Shown: piece by piece, positions 1 to 10,337 of the stretch
How the letters are laid out: each line of letters begins with the position of its first letter
Position numbering within the stretch: the stretch's first letter is position 1
Assembly: GCA_019721075.1 (NCBI GenBank)
Contig: JAHEAD010000014.1
Coordinates: 404 to 64,403 of the forward strand
Source: Candidatus Sysuiplasma jiujiangense
GTDB lineage: Archaea > Thermoplasmatota > Thermoplasmata > Sysuiplasmatales > Sysuiplasmataceae
Direction: 5' to 3'
DNA length: 64,000 nt
Translations under genes and position numbers: made by a program
Notes under the pieces: generated by a model
Seen by the model: the letters and a program-made list of their open reading frames with translations, nothing else
Told to the model about the DNA's origin: nothing
The model's database searches: none

Positions 1-948
1 CCGCCGCTCTGCATTGTAAATAAACTGACTGCCGGACTGTGGCGCAGGAGCTTCGCTCTCATGCGTATGAAGGGCATAATGGAGGATGCGCCAAGATCCG
101 GAAGGCCGTCGAACCTTCCTCCCGGTAAGAGGAAGAGGATAATGGACATGACGCTCAACAGCAAACCGGATGGCATGACACACTGGTCGACGCGCTTGCT
201 TGCTGAAAAGCTCGGCATAAGCCATATGACCGTCCAGCGTGTCTGGAACGAGAATAATCTGCAGCCGCACAGGACACGTTCATTCAAGTTCAGCCAAGAC
301 GCTCATTTCGGGGAGAAGCTGATGGATGTGGTCGGACTGTACATGCATCAGCCCGAGAAGGCGGTCGTGTTCAGCATCGACGAGAAGCCGCAGACACAGG
401 CACTGGAGAGGACACAGAAGATGCTGCCGATGAGACCGGGACTGCCCGAAGGCACATCCAACGACTGCAAACGGAACGGCACCGTCGACCTGTATGCCGC
501 ACTCAACATACTGGACGGCAAGGTAGTCACAGCATTCACGAACAGGCATACACACACGAAATTCCTATCATTCCTCTGCATGATGGAGGAAAATACGGAG
601 CGGGAACCGAATATCCATGTGGTGCTGGACAACTTGGGCGCACACAAGACACCCGAAGTGAGGAGGTGGCAGAAACGCCACAGCCGTTTCCACATGCACT
701 TCACTCCGACCAGTTCTTCGTGGGTGAATATGGTGGAGGGACGGCTCTCCAAACTGACAAACGGCAGCATAAAGCGCGGCAGCTTCAGAAGTGTGCCCGA
801 ACTCAGAAGTGCAATAGAAGCGTATGTCAGTGTCTACAAAAAACAGGCAAAGCCGTGGGTTTGGACAAAGGATGCCGTTCTTCAGGAGAAAGCAACGCAA
901 ATTCGCCGGCGGTTCCAAGCGGAAACAAGCCGTCCATGCCTCGCGTGA
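1..948 (+). mobile_element. IS630-family transposase, open at the window edge and truncated at its 3' end
   Basis: Frame open from base 1 (LWRRSF...DAPRSGRP); HTH region THWSTRLLAEKLGISHMTVQRVW; DDE triad IDEK / VLDNL / NMVE; TPTSSSWVN motif. Similarity ends at WTKDA (~876), after which the frame runs antisense to a dapA-like fragment. Confidence 0.9.
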
Positions 949-1051
949 TGAGACGATCAACAAGTGCTTCAAGACTTTCAGTTTCAACCTCGCCTCTTGC
1001 ATTGAGCGGAGTGGGCATCAGTGCCCAGATTCCATGCATCTCATCCCTCAT
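875..1051 (-). pseudogene. N-terminal fragment of a dihydrodipicolinate synthase/N-acetylneuraminate lyase (DapA-like) family gene
   Basis: MRDEMHGIWALMPTPLNARGEVETESLEALVDRLITRGMDGLFPLGTAGEFALLSPEER matches the DapA N-terminus (TP...G.VD...GxxGE...LS.EER); it breaks off at the IS630 junction. Confidence 0.8.
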
Positions 1052-1178
1052 GATTAAAGGATGGCAGGCTGAATGATATAGTGCTGCATTTCTGGCTCCG
1101 GAGGCAAAACTACGCCATCCTGCGAACTGTGTTCGAATCCGCCCACATAAGTAAAAGTCAGAAGAGGAGGGCAGGACA

Positions 1179-4100
1179 CTACGGCTTCCCTCTTTTCCTG
1201 ACGGCAATTAACGCAATGACAGCCGCTTCGCCGACAATCAGGGCGGCCAGCAAATCGGCCAGCCACACGGGCAGATATGCTGCCGGGGAAACTGCTTTGG
1301 CAGGCTGAGCCGGGTTGGTCACAACCGCTGTCTGCCCGGGCGACAGACTGAGATTCCGATAGAAATCGCCTTCAGCTGTCACGAATTCTACCGTGTAGTT
1401 TCCGGCAGCGAGTTTGATGTCGACATATCCCTGGTTTGTCGGAACGTATCTGCCGTCAACAAAGACGGTGGCATTTTGCGTGGAAAACAATACCAGGTGG
1501 GCGTACTTAAGGTAGTGGATAGAAAGAAAGCGGTTCCCTTCAATGGAAACGACTCCCGAGCCGATCGTAGCGTAGTATGCCGAAAGATTGCGCGGGGTGT
1601 AAGTATAGTTACCGTAGGGCAGAGAGAAATTCTCGTACGCCTGATCAGTTGAATAAACTGTGCCATTCAACATGAAACTCCAGGTCATTCCCGGAGGAAT
1701 ACCCGATTCAGCAACTGTGAGATTGAAGACAACTTCCGAGAAATTGAGATCAAAAGTATAACCGGGTACCGTCTGAACAAATATGATGAATTCAGAGCTA
1801 AACTCGTCGTCAAGCATTATCGGCTTGTCCAGCGTGTACCGTCCTGAAATATTTTGATAATGGTAATTTGCAGCTGCGGAATATGAGTAGTTGCCTGGAA
1901 ACTGGTATACGGTTATGGATGTTCCATTCGTTCTGTAGGAATCAGAGTAGTTGCCCAAAGCAGGGAAGAATGTCTGGTACAACGGGCTGTGCAAATCAAT
2001 GGACCAGTTTGTGTTCGGAGGCAGGCCCTTCATTAAAAAGGTCACGGCATAAAACAGGGGCTGGATTGCAAGATCTGCATACATCAGGCCAGTCGGACCG
2101 GTCACAGGAAGCCTGTTACCGCCTGGTCCGGTGTAGTAACTGATATTGCCTGAATCATTTTCAGCATACTGAAAACCAAAAAATTGATAATAAAACTTGT
2201 ATCCGCTGGCAGAGAGGGTGTAACTATACGTCCCGTTAACTGCATACAAGTGAGTTGTCCCGACGAAACTTTCTCCCAGGGTGAACTGCAGTGACGGACC
2301 ACCAGTGAGGTTCAGATAGAACACTGTGCCGTTTGGTATCGGTAAACTTCCTAGAGGTGTATAGGGAGGTGTGTAGATATGGATGGTTACGTTGGTAACA
2401 AAGAGTCTGAAAAAAATGTACAGTCTAGAGGGGGCTGCTGTAACGTTGAGCGACCCGGAAACTGACATCCATGTCCTGCTGGGACCCTGTGCAACGAAAC
2501 TCAAATTGCCTCTTGGCTCGGCCAAAACCAGTTTGCTCGAGTTAGAACTGTAACTCTGCCCGTAGGAAGTGTTGATCCACCAGTTTGAACCGGAAGGAAG
2601 ACCAGATTCGAAAAAAGTGACATTGGTAAAGTTTTCCCTGATAAATACGACATCCAGGTATGTGTTGCTGCCGGCAACAGTGAAATTACCGCTGAAAGCA
2701 GATGGAATGTAACCAAATCCCTTGCCCGGATAGATGGTGGAAATCCGGAAATCATATGTACCGTTTGGCAGACCGAATGCGACAGAACTGCCATAGGCGC
2801 TCTCCTTAAGTCCAAAAACACTGATATTCCAGAGAGAACCTTGAGGCAGACCGCTTTCATTGAACTGGACCAAATTCATTTTGTACGGCTTTGACTGAAC
2901 AATGCTTATGGACTGGGAGTTCGTGTTTAAGACATAGAAAAGACCGTTAGAACTGTCGTAGGCTGCTGCTGAGGGATTGCTTCCAACAGCTATTTGTCCT
3001 GTAAGGTTGAGTCCGCTGACCTCCTGCACTACACCATGGGGTTCAAGCGCGTAGATAAGACCGTTTCTTGGATTGAAAGTGAGGTTCAGTGCATAATCTG
3101 AAAGATGGATGAAACTGACAATAACACCGTCGTAAATGACCGCTATCTCGTAAAGCCGTGGCAATGATGCGTATGTCAGGTTATTGAGAGGATCGTAGAG
3201 CAGATCCCAGGCGATGCTCGGCAATGAAACGTTTTCGTATAGCGAATTGTTGCCGAATATTGATAAGGTCCAGTAGTTATCAACTGCGGCATACAGTTTG
3301 TCACTTGCATCGTTGAATGAAATTGAATATGGAAGGCTCTGAGGAGTCCCCGCAGTGATGTTTGTTACGGCCTCAAGGCCGCTGATCATCGTGATCTGCC
3401 CGTCCCCGCTATCAGCAACAAACACCGATCCGTTGCTGGAAAGTGTCATTGCAGTGGGTTCTGCGCCTACCGGTATTACCTTCACAACTCCCATGCCGTT
3501 CAGAACAGTGACCTCCGAAGAGCCTGTATCGCTGACGTAAACATAACCATACGCAGAGTCGTAGAGAACATCGTCCGGGCTCTGGCCAAAAACCGGCAAA
3601 TAGCCTTTGACGGTATTGTTGGAGATGAGAATTACCGTGTTGTTAACTGCGTCGGAGACGTACAGCATATTGTTTTCAGGATTGTAAGCGATTCCTCTTG
3701 CCAGGATCGAGAGAGGCACGTCACGTACGACGCCGTTTGCCCCTATGATGATCAGATAGGACGGACTTGCATCATCTATGGCGTAGACGGAGGCGTCAAG
3801 GCTGTCAAAGATCAGGCGCCCCATGAATCCGCTGCCACTGTAAGCCGCTGTTATGCTCAGCCCTTTTATCCGGAGTACGGTGGAGTTCGCTTCATTGCTC
3901 GCATAGATGTATCCGTTAGCTGAATCGTAAGCCATGCCGAGGGAAAACGTATTACTGTCGTTTGGATTTGCAAGCGGTATATATCCAACAATGCTCAAAC
4001 CATTGATGACAAAAATGTATTGCTCCGAATAGTAGTTGGCCACATACAGATCGCCAGAGGCCGGGTCGTATGCAATTTGACCAGCAATTTCAAAACCGGA

Positions 4101-4949
4101 GATAGAAGAAATAACGCTGTTGTTTGAGATTACGTATACGTGAAGCAATCCGTCAGCGTAAATATATCCATCGGAAGGGTCAAATGTCATGTACAGACCG
4201 ATCGAAATGTTGGTCGGAAAATCCCCGACTATTTGAAGTCCTTTGACTTCATACATGATGTGGTAGTCTGCAACATAGACGATCTGATTTACTGGATCAT
4301 AGGCCATCTCAGATGGGCCGCCGAAAGTGCTGTTGGTTATGTTGAGTATGGCAACGACCTTTGTTCCGTTGATAATTGCTACTCCTCCGGTCTGGCTGTT
4401 GCTTGAAGCATATATCCAGCCGTTGGAATAATCGAAGGTCTCGGATGCAATCCCTTTCAGGCCTGTGTTTATTCCTTCTACGATTGTTCCGTTGCGTATA
4501 ACATAAATGTAGCTTCCGCCGCCGTCCCCGATGTAGATGTTGCCGCTCTGATTATCATAAACAATGGAATAAGGCTGAACAATCAACGGAAGGTTTCCGT
4601 TGTTGCCCTGCAGAAGAGTGCTATTTTCAAGTGACAGAGTCTGATAGGCGCCTGAAATTGCATTATTGCCGGAGTTAGAGAGGGTAGAGTGAGCATGTGA
4701 TGAATTGCCAAATGAAGTGCCGGGAAAATCTTTGATAATCGACTCCTGGGCGGGAGTGGGACGCCTCGGCAGCAATTTATTCAGCTGACCGGTCGATTTA
4801 GCATGCGCATTACCGGACGCCGGTCCTGAGATAGGCAGACCGTTCAGGGCCGCATATGAGGTAGGTGCGAAGAGCAGAACAGCCATCAAAACACAAAGCA
4901 CACGAACCTCTGCGAAATTCCTTTTCGCCGCTACTGACGATGTCAACAT
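1179..4949 (-). CDS. Large cell-surface glycoprotein: YncE/YVTN-like beta-propeller repeats, Thermoplasmata-type Ig-like repeats, PEGA-like domain, C-terminal membrane anchor
   Basis: N-terminal signal-like segment; many YDxxNGxIYV blades; repeated (F)xESGLPxGxxW units; abundant N-x-S/T sequons; terminal hydrophobic helix followed by RKRGKP. Confidence 0.85.
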   Translation of the reverse strand: MLTSSVAAKRNFAEVRVLCVLMAVLLFAPTSYAALNGLPISGPASGNAHAKSTGQLNKLLPRRPTPAQESIIKDFPGTSFGNSSHAHSTLSNSGNNAISGAYQTLSLENSTLLQGNNGNLPLIVQPYSIVYDNQSGNIYIGDGGGSYIYVIRNGTIVEGINTGLKGIASETFDYSNGWIYASSNSQTGGVAIINGTKVVAILNITNSTFGGPSEMAYDPVNQIVYVADYHIMYEVKGLQIVGDFPTNISIGLYMTFDPSDGYIYADGLLHVYVISNNSVISSISGFEIAGQIAYDPASGDLYVANYYSEQYIFVINGLSIVGYIPLANPNDSNTFSLGMAYDSANGYIYASNEANSTVLRIKGLSITAAYSGSGFMGRLIFDSLDASVYAIDDASPSYLIIIGANGVVRDVPLSILARGIAYNPENNMLYVSDAVNNTVILISNNTVKGYLPVFGQSPDDVLYDSAYGYVYVSDTGSSEVTVLNGMGVVKVIPVGAEPTAMTLSSNGSVFVADSGDGQITMISGLEAVTNITAGTPQSLPYSISFNDASDKLYAAVDNYWTLSIFGNNSLYENVSLPSIAWDLLYDPLNNLTYASLPRLYEIAVIYDGVIVSFIHLSDYALNLTFNPRNGLIYALEPHGVVQEVSGLNLTGQIAVGSNPSAAAYDSSNGLFYVLNTNSQSISIVQSKPYKMNLVQFNESGLPQGSLWNISVFGLKESAYGSSVAFGLPNGTYDFRISTIYPGKGFGYIPSAFSGNFTVAGSNTYLDVVFIRENFTNVTFFESGLPSGSNWWINTSYGQSYSSNSSKLVLAEPRGNLSFVAQGPSRTWMSVSGSLNVTAAPSRLYIFFRLFVTNVTIHIYTPPYTPLGSLPIPNGTVFYLNLTGGPSLQFTLGESFVGTTHLYAVNGTYSYTLSASGYKFYYQFFGFQYAENDSGNISYYTGPGGNRLPVTGPTGLMYADLAIQPLFYAVTFLMKGLPPNTNWSIDLHSPLYQTFFPALGNYSDSYRTNGTSITVYQFPGNYSYSAAANYHYQNISGRYTLDKPIMLDDEFSSEFIIFVQTVPGYTFDLNFSEVVFNLTVAESGIPPGMTWSFMLNGTVYSTDQAYENFSLPYGNYTYTPRNLSAYYATIGSGVVSIEGNRFLSIHYLKYAHLVLFSTQNATVFVDGRYVPTNQGYVDIKLAAGNYTVEFVTAEGDFYRNLSLSPGQTAVVTNPAQPAKAVSPAAYLPVWLADLLAALIVGEAAVIALIAVRKRGKP

Positions 4950-5056
4950 TCCGCCATGTCCTGCATGTTTATGTCATTTTGATATTAATATCTGTATTTG
5001 TATAGTTCCTTATCAAATATGCCGCGATATTTCTCAATAATCTCATCCACGGTCTG

Positions 5057-6446
5057 TACCTGTTGAGAGACAGAGCCGCTGCCTCATCAGTTTCTCAAGC
5101 TCCTCGAACATGTTCATGTCCTTGAGTTTCCATGTTGCGAGGAGCTATGCTATGTACTGGTAGTTCTGTGATCCGTTCTCTGAACGGAATGTTCCTGTGA
5201 TCTTGCGTATGAGGACATGCTCCCTTATTGCCTGCTCGCCCAGATTGTTCGTCGGCTCCATGCGCGGATAGAGGAGGCATGTGTACCAGTGTCCGAGGCC
5301 GTTGCGTATGTAAGTGACGGGTTTTGACAGTTCCGTGTATTCACTGTATTCCTCGACCAGTTTCTCTATGACGCTGTCGGGCTTCTGCTTCGCATCTTCC
5401 CCGGCATTCATTGGAGGATTGCTCTCCTGCAATTTCTTGAGTTCGGTGAACATGGTGTGCATGCGTTCTGAAAGCGCACTGCCATGCTCAGATGCCTCTT
5501 TGAATGCGCGACCTCCCTCAGCAGATGCGCCCAGCATCTCTGTATTGCAGTCTGATTACCGTATGTGCTCCATTCGTCAACAACTGCAGGACCATGAAAA
5601 CCATCCCACATGTCTTCCCTGACGACTTTCCTTCCCCTCGGATCCGTTATGACGGCGAGCACATCGTTCTCATTCGAACGGAATATCCAGAGACACCATT
5701 TTGTCGCCGCTGACTGCCATGCCGATCCCGTCAATGTGCACTCATTTCGCATTGCGGATGCGCTCCTTTGCCGCATCATATTCGGAGCGGCATGCGTCGC
5801 CGACACGGAGGAGTGCGTTATTGATGCCCATGGTGCTTATGCTGAAGTTGTTGTTGACTGCGAGGAACTCCTGTATCTTCCTTATCGGCCCGCTGAGATG
5901 GTACTTGAGCATCGTTATGCAGGCGAGCATGTGGATGCCAAGCGTACCCTTCTGCGGGCAGTCCGTGTGTCTTGCCGTGAACTCCTTGCCGCAGCAGCTG
6001 CATCTGTACACATCGGGTATGAACTCGGTGATCTTCACCTTCTGCGGCGGCAGAATGTCTATTGTTGTCTTATTCTCTGTTCTCACAGGCTCTCCGAGAT
6101 CGGTGTTGCCGCATTCGTTACACTTCTCTGCAGTGACTGTGACAGTCCCATCGTGTTCGGGCATCTTCCTGGTGGCGCCCATGTGTTCTTAGGGTGCGCC
6201 ACGTTTCTTCTTCGCCTTTTCTTCCTGCTTCTTCTCATTCTTCTGCAGGGATGGAAGGGGTATGTGGTTTTCATGAAGCAGCAGCCTGTGCAGCAGCTGT
6301 TCCATCTCAGATCTCAGTTTTCCATTCTCCGACCTGAGAACATCGGCCCTCTTCAGCGCTTCATCACGCTCTGCAGTGAGATGTATTGTTGTTTTCTCAA
6401 GCTGCGAGACGTGCGGTTTCTGTTCCTTCTTCCCTTCAGCAGCCAT
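5057..6446 (-). pseudogene. IS66-like transposase pseudogene
   Basis: Coiled coil then KKRGAP*EHMGATR; CxxC...CxxC zinc finger; IQRCWAHLLRE and PTNNLGEQAIRE...RKITGTFRS motifs. Broken by TAA (6189-6191), TGA (5742-5744), TAG (5145-5147) and at least two frameshifts. Element ends are not confidently defined. Confidence 0.88.
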
Positions 6447-6590
6447 CGCTGAACGGAATTATCTGCCTAGCTATATAATTTTTGTAACTGCAATTGAATA
6501 TAAACATGATTATAAATGAATTGTACTACGGAACTATATACAAATACTCTGATCGGGAGTTTATTACCGTATTTGTACCCAAATTGAGTA

Positions 6591-6663
6591 TGCTCCCTAT
6601 GGGATTTGAACCCATGTCGCGGGGTCGAAGGCCCCGCATGATTGGCCTCTACACTAAGGGAGC
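6591..6663 (-). tRNA. tRNA-Glu(TTC) with atypical C33
   Basis: Minus strand GCTCCCTTAGTGTAGAGGCCAATCATGCGGGGCCTTCGACCCCGCGACATGGGTTCAAATCCCATAGGGAGCA: 7-bp acceptor stem, CGGGG/CCCCG anticodon stem, loop CCTTCGA, T-loop TTCAAAT, 4-nt variable loop, no encoded CCA. Confidence 0.9.
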
Positions 6664-6705
6664 ATTGATTTGCAGTGGCGATGATTGAGTCCAAATGATA
6701 CCTGT

Positions 6706-6719
6706 TCTTAAAATTTTCC
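6706..6719 (-). promoter_or_regulatory. Putative BRE/TATA promoter of tRNA-Glu
   Basis: Minus strand GGAAAATTTTAAG about 45 nt upstream of the mature tRNA 5' end. Confidence 0.5.
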
Positions 6720-7040
6720 AGTTGAAATTATTTGAATTCAGTGAACCTTGAAGGGAGGGAAAAGTAGATTCAAACAAATGATGCCATGAATCACAGGGCT
6801 GAAACAGATTCAGCATCCTCCGTCTCTTTCAAAACAGATTTCACAAAGTGAAGATGCTCATCAGTTTTTCATTTTCCTGCCGGACAGTCTGATGACACGC
6901 ACGCGCTTTGAATCGGCAGCAATATATAAATATAATTTCCCCCTTTGATTCAACAAAGGAATGGAGTTTCCTTTCGACTGCCGGATGCTGGCTGATAACT
7001 CCTGCCATTGTGATGTTAATAATCAGAGGAGGTCAGCCGG

Positions 7041-8579
7041 TTGGAATTTCACAGCATACTGTGGTTGCCTGAACATGCGAAAGCTTGGAAGGACGAGGTT
7101 GAAGCACCCGATTCGTTCCCGGATTTGAATCTGGATCGTGTCGTAAGTGATATCACCTCCAATCACAAATACAAAGAGTACGAATTGGAGAAATTTTATT
7201 ATCGCCTGCTGGCTGGAAAAGAGGCTGTAGTCTACCGCCAGCAGATATTTCAGGACCTCCAGGATCAGACCAAACTCGAGCTCATAAGGGATTTTGCCCA
7301 TGCAATGAAGAGAACGGAGAGCAGGATTCGTTCTGCCAGCCGGTATCCGTACGAATATCAGAAGGAAAGGGAGATATTGGACTCTGCAAAAATTTATTGC
7401 GATGCCGTGGCCGCCCTTTCAGCAGCAATAGTCCGCGCCGATTTTAAATCGGCTGGATTCCTGGCATTTGCAGATTTACTGACTGAATATGTAAACTCGG
7501 ATGAATTCAAAATGCTTGCAAAGGAAACCGAATCCCTGGAGAAGGATTTGCTAAACGTGGAGTATTCACTCATCATTAAGAGTGATGGGGTCATTATAAG
7601 GAGGTTTGCACCCGCACAGGATTACACAGCGGAATTAGCCGGGGTTTTTGAAAAATTCAAGAATGATAAATCCGAGATGGTCAAGGTTAGAACACCAAGT
7701 CACCATGATATAAATCATGTTGAGGCAATCCTCGTGGAATTGATAGCAAAATTCTATCCTGCCGTTTTCCAGAAACTGAAAGCATATTTTGAAAAATATT
7801 CTGATTATGTGAATCCTGCAATTCGGAGATTTTACAGGGAAATACAGTTCTATCTGTCCTACATCGACTACATCGTCCCGATGGAGAGCGCAAATCTGAA
7901 ATTCTGCATCCCTTCAATTTCTGAAGTAGACAGGAATATACTTATTCGGGATGGTTTCAATATTGCACTCGCTTCCGTTCTCATCCATAAGAGGGAGAAG
8001 GTGATATGCAATGATTTCCTTCTCGAAGGTGACGAGCGTATTGTTGTTGTGACAGGCCGCAATCAGGGGGGAAAGACTACCTTCGCAAGCTCCCTGGCCC
8101 AGATCGAATATTTGGGATGCCTGGGCCTGCCCGTACCCGCGAGTTATGCTCGGCTGTGTATCGTCGACGAAATTTTCACCCATTTCCAGAAAGAGGAGGC
8201 GGGCGAAAATCTGAGAAGCGGACTCGAAGATGATCTGCTCAGAATCCATGATGTCATTATGCATAGCACAGCTGAAAGCATGATAATCATAAACGAAATG
8301 CTCAGTTCGTGCACTTTGCAGGATGCCTCAGCCATTGGCAAGAAAATTCTGGGAACGATACAAAAAATAGGCTGCATTTGTGTTTACGTGACTTTCATTC
8401 ACGATCTCATCGAATTCGACAAAACAGTGTGTATGACAAATGAGGTTGACCCGCATAATCCTGATATTTCGACTTACAAACTCGTAAGAAAGCGACCGGA
8501 TACAGATTCTTATGCCATCCATATGGCCAGAAAATACGGACTGACTTACGATCAGTTGAGAGGGAGGTTGATGTCATGA
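7041..8579 (+). CDS. MutS-related ATPase (MutS4A-like; domain V, no mismatch-recognition domain)
   Basis: VVTGRNQGGKTT Walker A, IFTHF, IIINE Walker B variant, YVTF; TTG start preceded by GGAGGT; stop overlaps the next start (ATGA). Confidence 0.85.
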   Translation: MEFHSILWLPEHAKAWKDEVEAPDSFPDLNLDRVVSDITSNHKYKEYELEKFYYRLLAGKEAVVYRQQIFQDLQDQTKLELIRDFAHAMKRTESRIRSASRYPYEYQKEREILDSAKIYCDAVAALSAAIVRADFKSAGFLAFADLLTEYVNSDEFKMLAKETESLEKDLLNVEYSLIIKSDGVIIRRFAPAQDYTAELAGVFEKFKNDKSEMVKVRTPSHHDINHVEAILVELIAKFYPAVFQKLKAYFEKYSDYVNPAIRRFYREIQFYLSYIDYIVPMESANLKFCIPSISEVDRNILIRDGFNIALASVLIHKREKVICNDFLLEGDERIVVVTGRNQGGKTTFASSLAQIEYLGCLGLPVPASYARLCIVDEIFTHFQKEEAGENLRSGLEDDLLRIHDVIMHSTAESMIIINEMLSSCTLQDASAIGKKILGTIQKIGCICVYVTFIHDLIEFDKTVCMTNEVDPHNPDISTYKLVRKRPDTDSYAIHMARKYGLTYDQLRGRLMS

Positions 8580-10060
8580 ATGTTTTCTTGCTTTTCAGGG
8601 ATCGTAATTTCGACTGGAAAAAGAACCTTCCTTACAATGAGCAGGAACTGCTGCACGATCTCGACCTGGATGTAATATTGAAGGTGATGTCTGCTGGCGA
8701 CTCCTATATCTATTCAGTCGCCAAAGCCGTTATTTTGTGCGGGGAAATGGATACTGCAACAATCAGATACCGTCAGGAAGTGCTAAATGACTGCACATCA
8801 GTGTATCCGCAGGTAAGAGATCTTTATCACATTGTTGTTAAGACGATTGAAACGGTGAAAAAAGACTTCTGGCTGACAGGCAACCGGCCTTTAATTCATC
8901 TCAGCACATCAACAAGCATAATGCGCATTCTGTTCAATGCACTAAGGGATCTGAGGCACATCGCAGATTTTTATTCCAAACAATTCAAATCCGAAGGTTT
9001 CAGGTCGCTTCTGGCGATGCTGAGAACGGAGTTCAGCGACGAATACATCAGGAATGTAGAAAACCATCTTGATGAACTCGAATTCAATAATGGTGTTCTG
9101 GCGACTGCCCGTCTGGGTATGGGGAACATCGGAGCGGATTATAGACTTCACAAGAGAAGAGAAGGAAGACGTGATGTGAAACGGATTCTTTCAGGGAAAA
9201 GGGACCAGTATGTCTTTACCATCGATCCGCGGGATTATAACAGTTCTCAATCTCTTTCAGCCCTCAGGGACAAGGTAATAGGCAATGCCACGTTGATGCT
9301 CTCGGAATCAGTCAGTCATGTGCTTGGTTTCTTCAACGACTTTCGTGGTGAGTTAGGTTTCTATATCGGATGTCTCAATCTGCATGATCAACTGAACCGG
9401 AATGGTTTACAGTTTTGCATGCCATTACCTTACGAACTTAATTCAAATATGTTCTCCTTCACAGGGCTGTATGATATCTCTCTCGCCCTGAGGCTTGGCG
9501 GTAGAATCGTAGCGAATGACCTCGATGCAAGAAACAGGAAACTGATAATAATCAGCGGTGCCAACAGAGGAGGCAAATCAACCTTCCTGAGAAGCATTGG
9601 CTTGGCTCAGTTGATGATGCAATGCGGAATGTTCGTGGCCGCCGGGTCCTATGAATGTGAAGTATCTGACGGCATTTTCACCCATTTCAAAAAGGAGGAA
9701 GATGCTGAAATGAGAATGGGGAAGCTTGACGAGGAATTGAAACGATTCAGTGATATCGTAGATCACCTGAGTCATGGATCGATGCTGCTGCTCAATGAAT
9801 CTTTTGCCTCAACAGACAACAGGAATGGTGCCGAAATCGCCTCTCAGGCCTTAGGTGGACTTATGGAATATGGAATAAAAATCCTGTTTGTGACACACAA
9901 TAATGAGGCGGCAGACAGATTTTACAGGAAGAATCCGGCAGATGCTGAATTCCTCAGGGCTGAAAGAAAGCATGACGGAAGCAGGACGTACAGAATAATA
10001 AGGGGAGAACCGCTGAAAACAAGCTTTGCGGAGGATCTTTATAACAGTATTTTCGGGTGA
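8576..10060 (+). CDS. MutS-related ATPase (MutS4B-like)
   Basis: IISGANRGGKSTFLRS Walker A, IFTHF, GKLDEEL, LLLNES Walker B variant, FVTH. Confidence 0.85.
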   Translation: MNVFLLFRDRNFDWKKNLPYNEQELLHDLDLDVILKVMSAGDSYIYSVAKAVILCGEMDTATIRYRQEVLNDCTSVYPQVRDLYHIVVKTIETVKKDFWLTGNRPLIHLSTSTSIMRILFNALRDLRHIADFYSKQFKSEGFRSLLAMLRTEFSDEYIRNVENHLDELEFNNGVLATARLGMGNIGADYRLHKRREGRRDVKRILSGKRDQYVFTIDPRDYNSSQSLSALRDKVIGNATLMLSESVSHVLGFFNDFRGELGFYIGCLNLHDQLNRNGLQFCMPLPYELNSNMFSFTGLYDISLALRLGGRIVANDLDARNRKLIIISGANRGGKSTFLRSIGLAQLMMQCGMFVAAGSYECEVSDGIFTHFKKEEDAEMRMGKLDEELKRFSDIVDHLSHGSMLLLNESFASTDNRNGAEIASQALGGLMEYGIKILFVTHNNEAADRFYRKNPADAEFLRAERKHDGSRTYRIIRGEPLKTSFAEDLYNSIFG

Positions 10061-10337
10061 TGAGGTTGTGCCGCAGGCGCTTACGGAAGTGGTGCTGCGT
10101 GAATTCATTTGTAGGACAAACCTGATTGACCTGCACTTCCAGTGAAGAATGTTCCTCCTACGACCTATTTCTGAAATGAAGGCCGGTAATGCGGCGCTCA
10201 GGACCGTGTTACGCGGTGACGCAGCCGGAGTGATGTGCGAAGCCAACGAGGGATGTATTTCTTCGACACTTTGTCACATTCCTGAATGGGGCAATCCGCA
10301 GATCCCTGCCTGTGACAGCCTTTACGATCTGTAATGG

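Noticed and set aside
5057..6446. Programmed frameshifting or stop-codon recoding in the IS66 transposase
   Set aside because: All three stop types plus several frameshifts and an altered catalytic region (DGI where DET is expected) indicate plain decay.
5610..6452. 280-aa plus-strand ORF
   Set aside because: Antisense shadow of the IS66 remnant.
6591..6663. Reading the tRNA as Arg(TCG) by shifting the loop one base
   Set aside because: This breaks the anticodon stem with two mismatches; the D-stem and short variable loop fit Glu.
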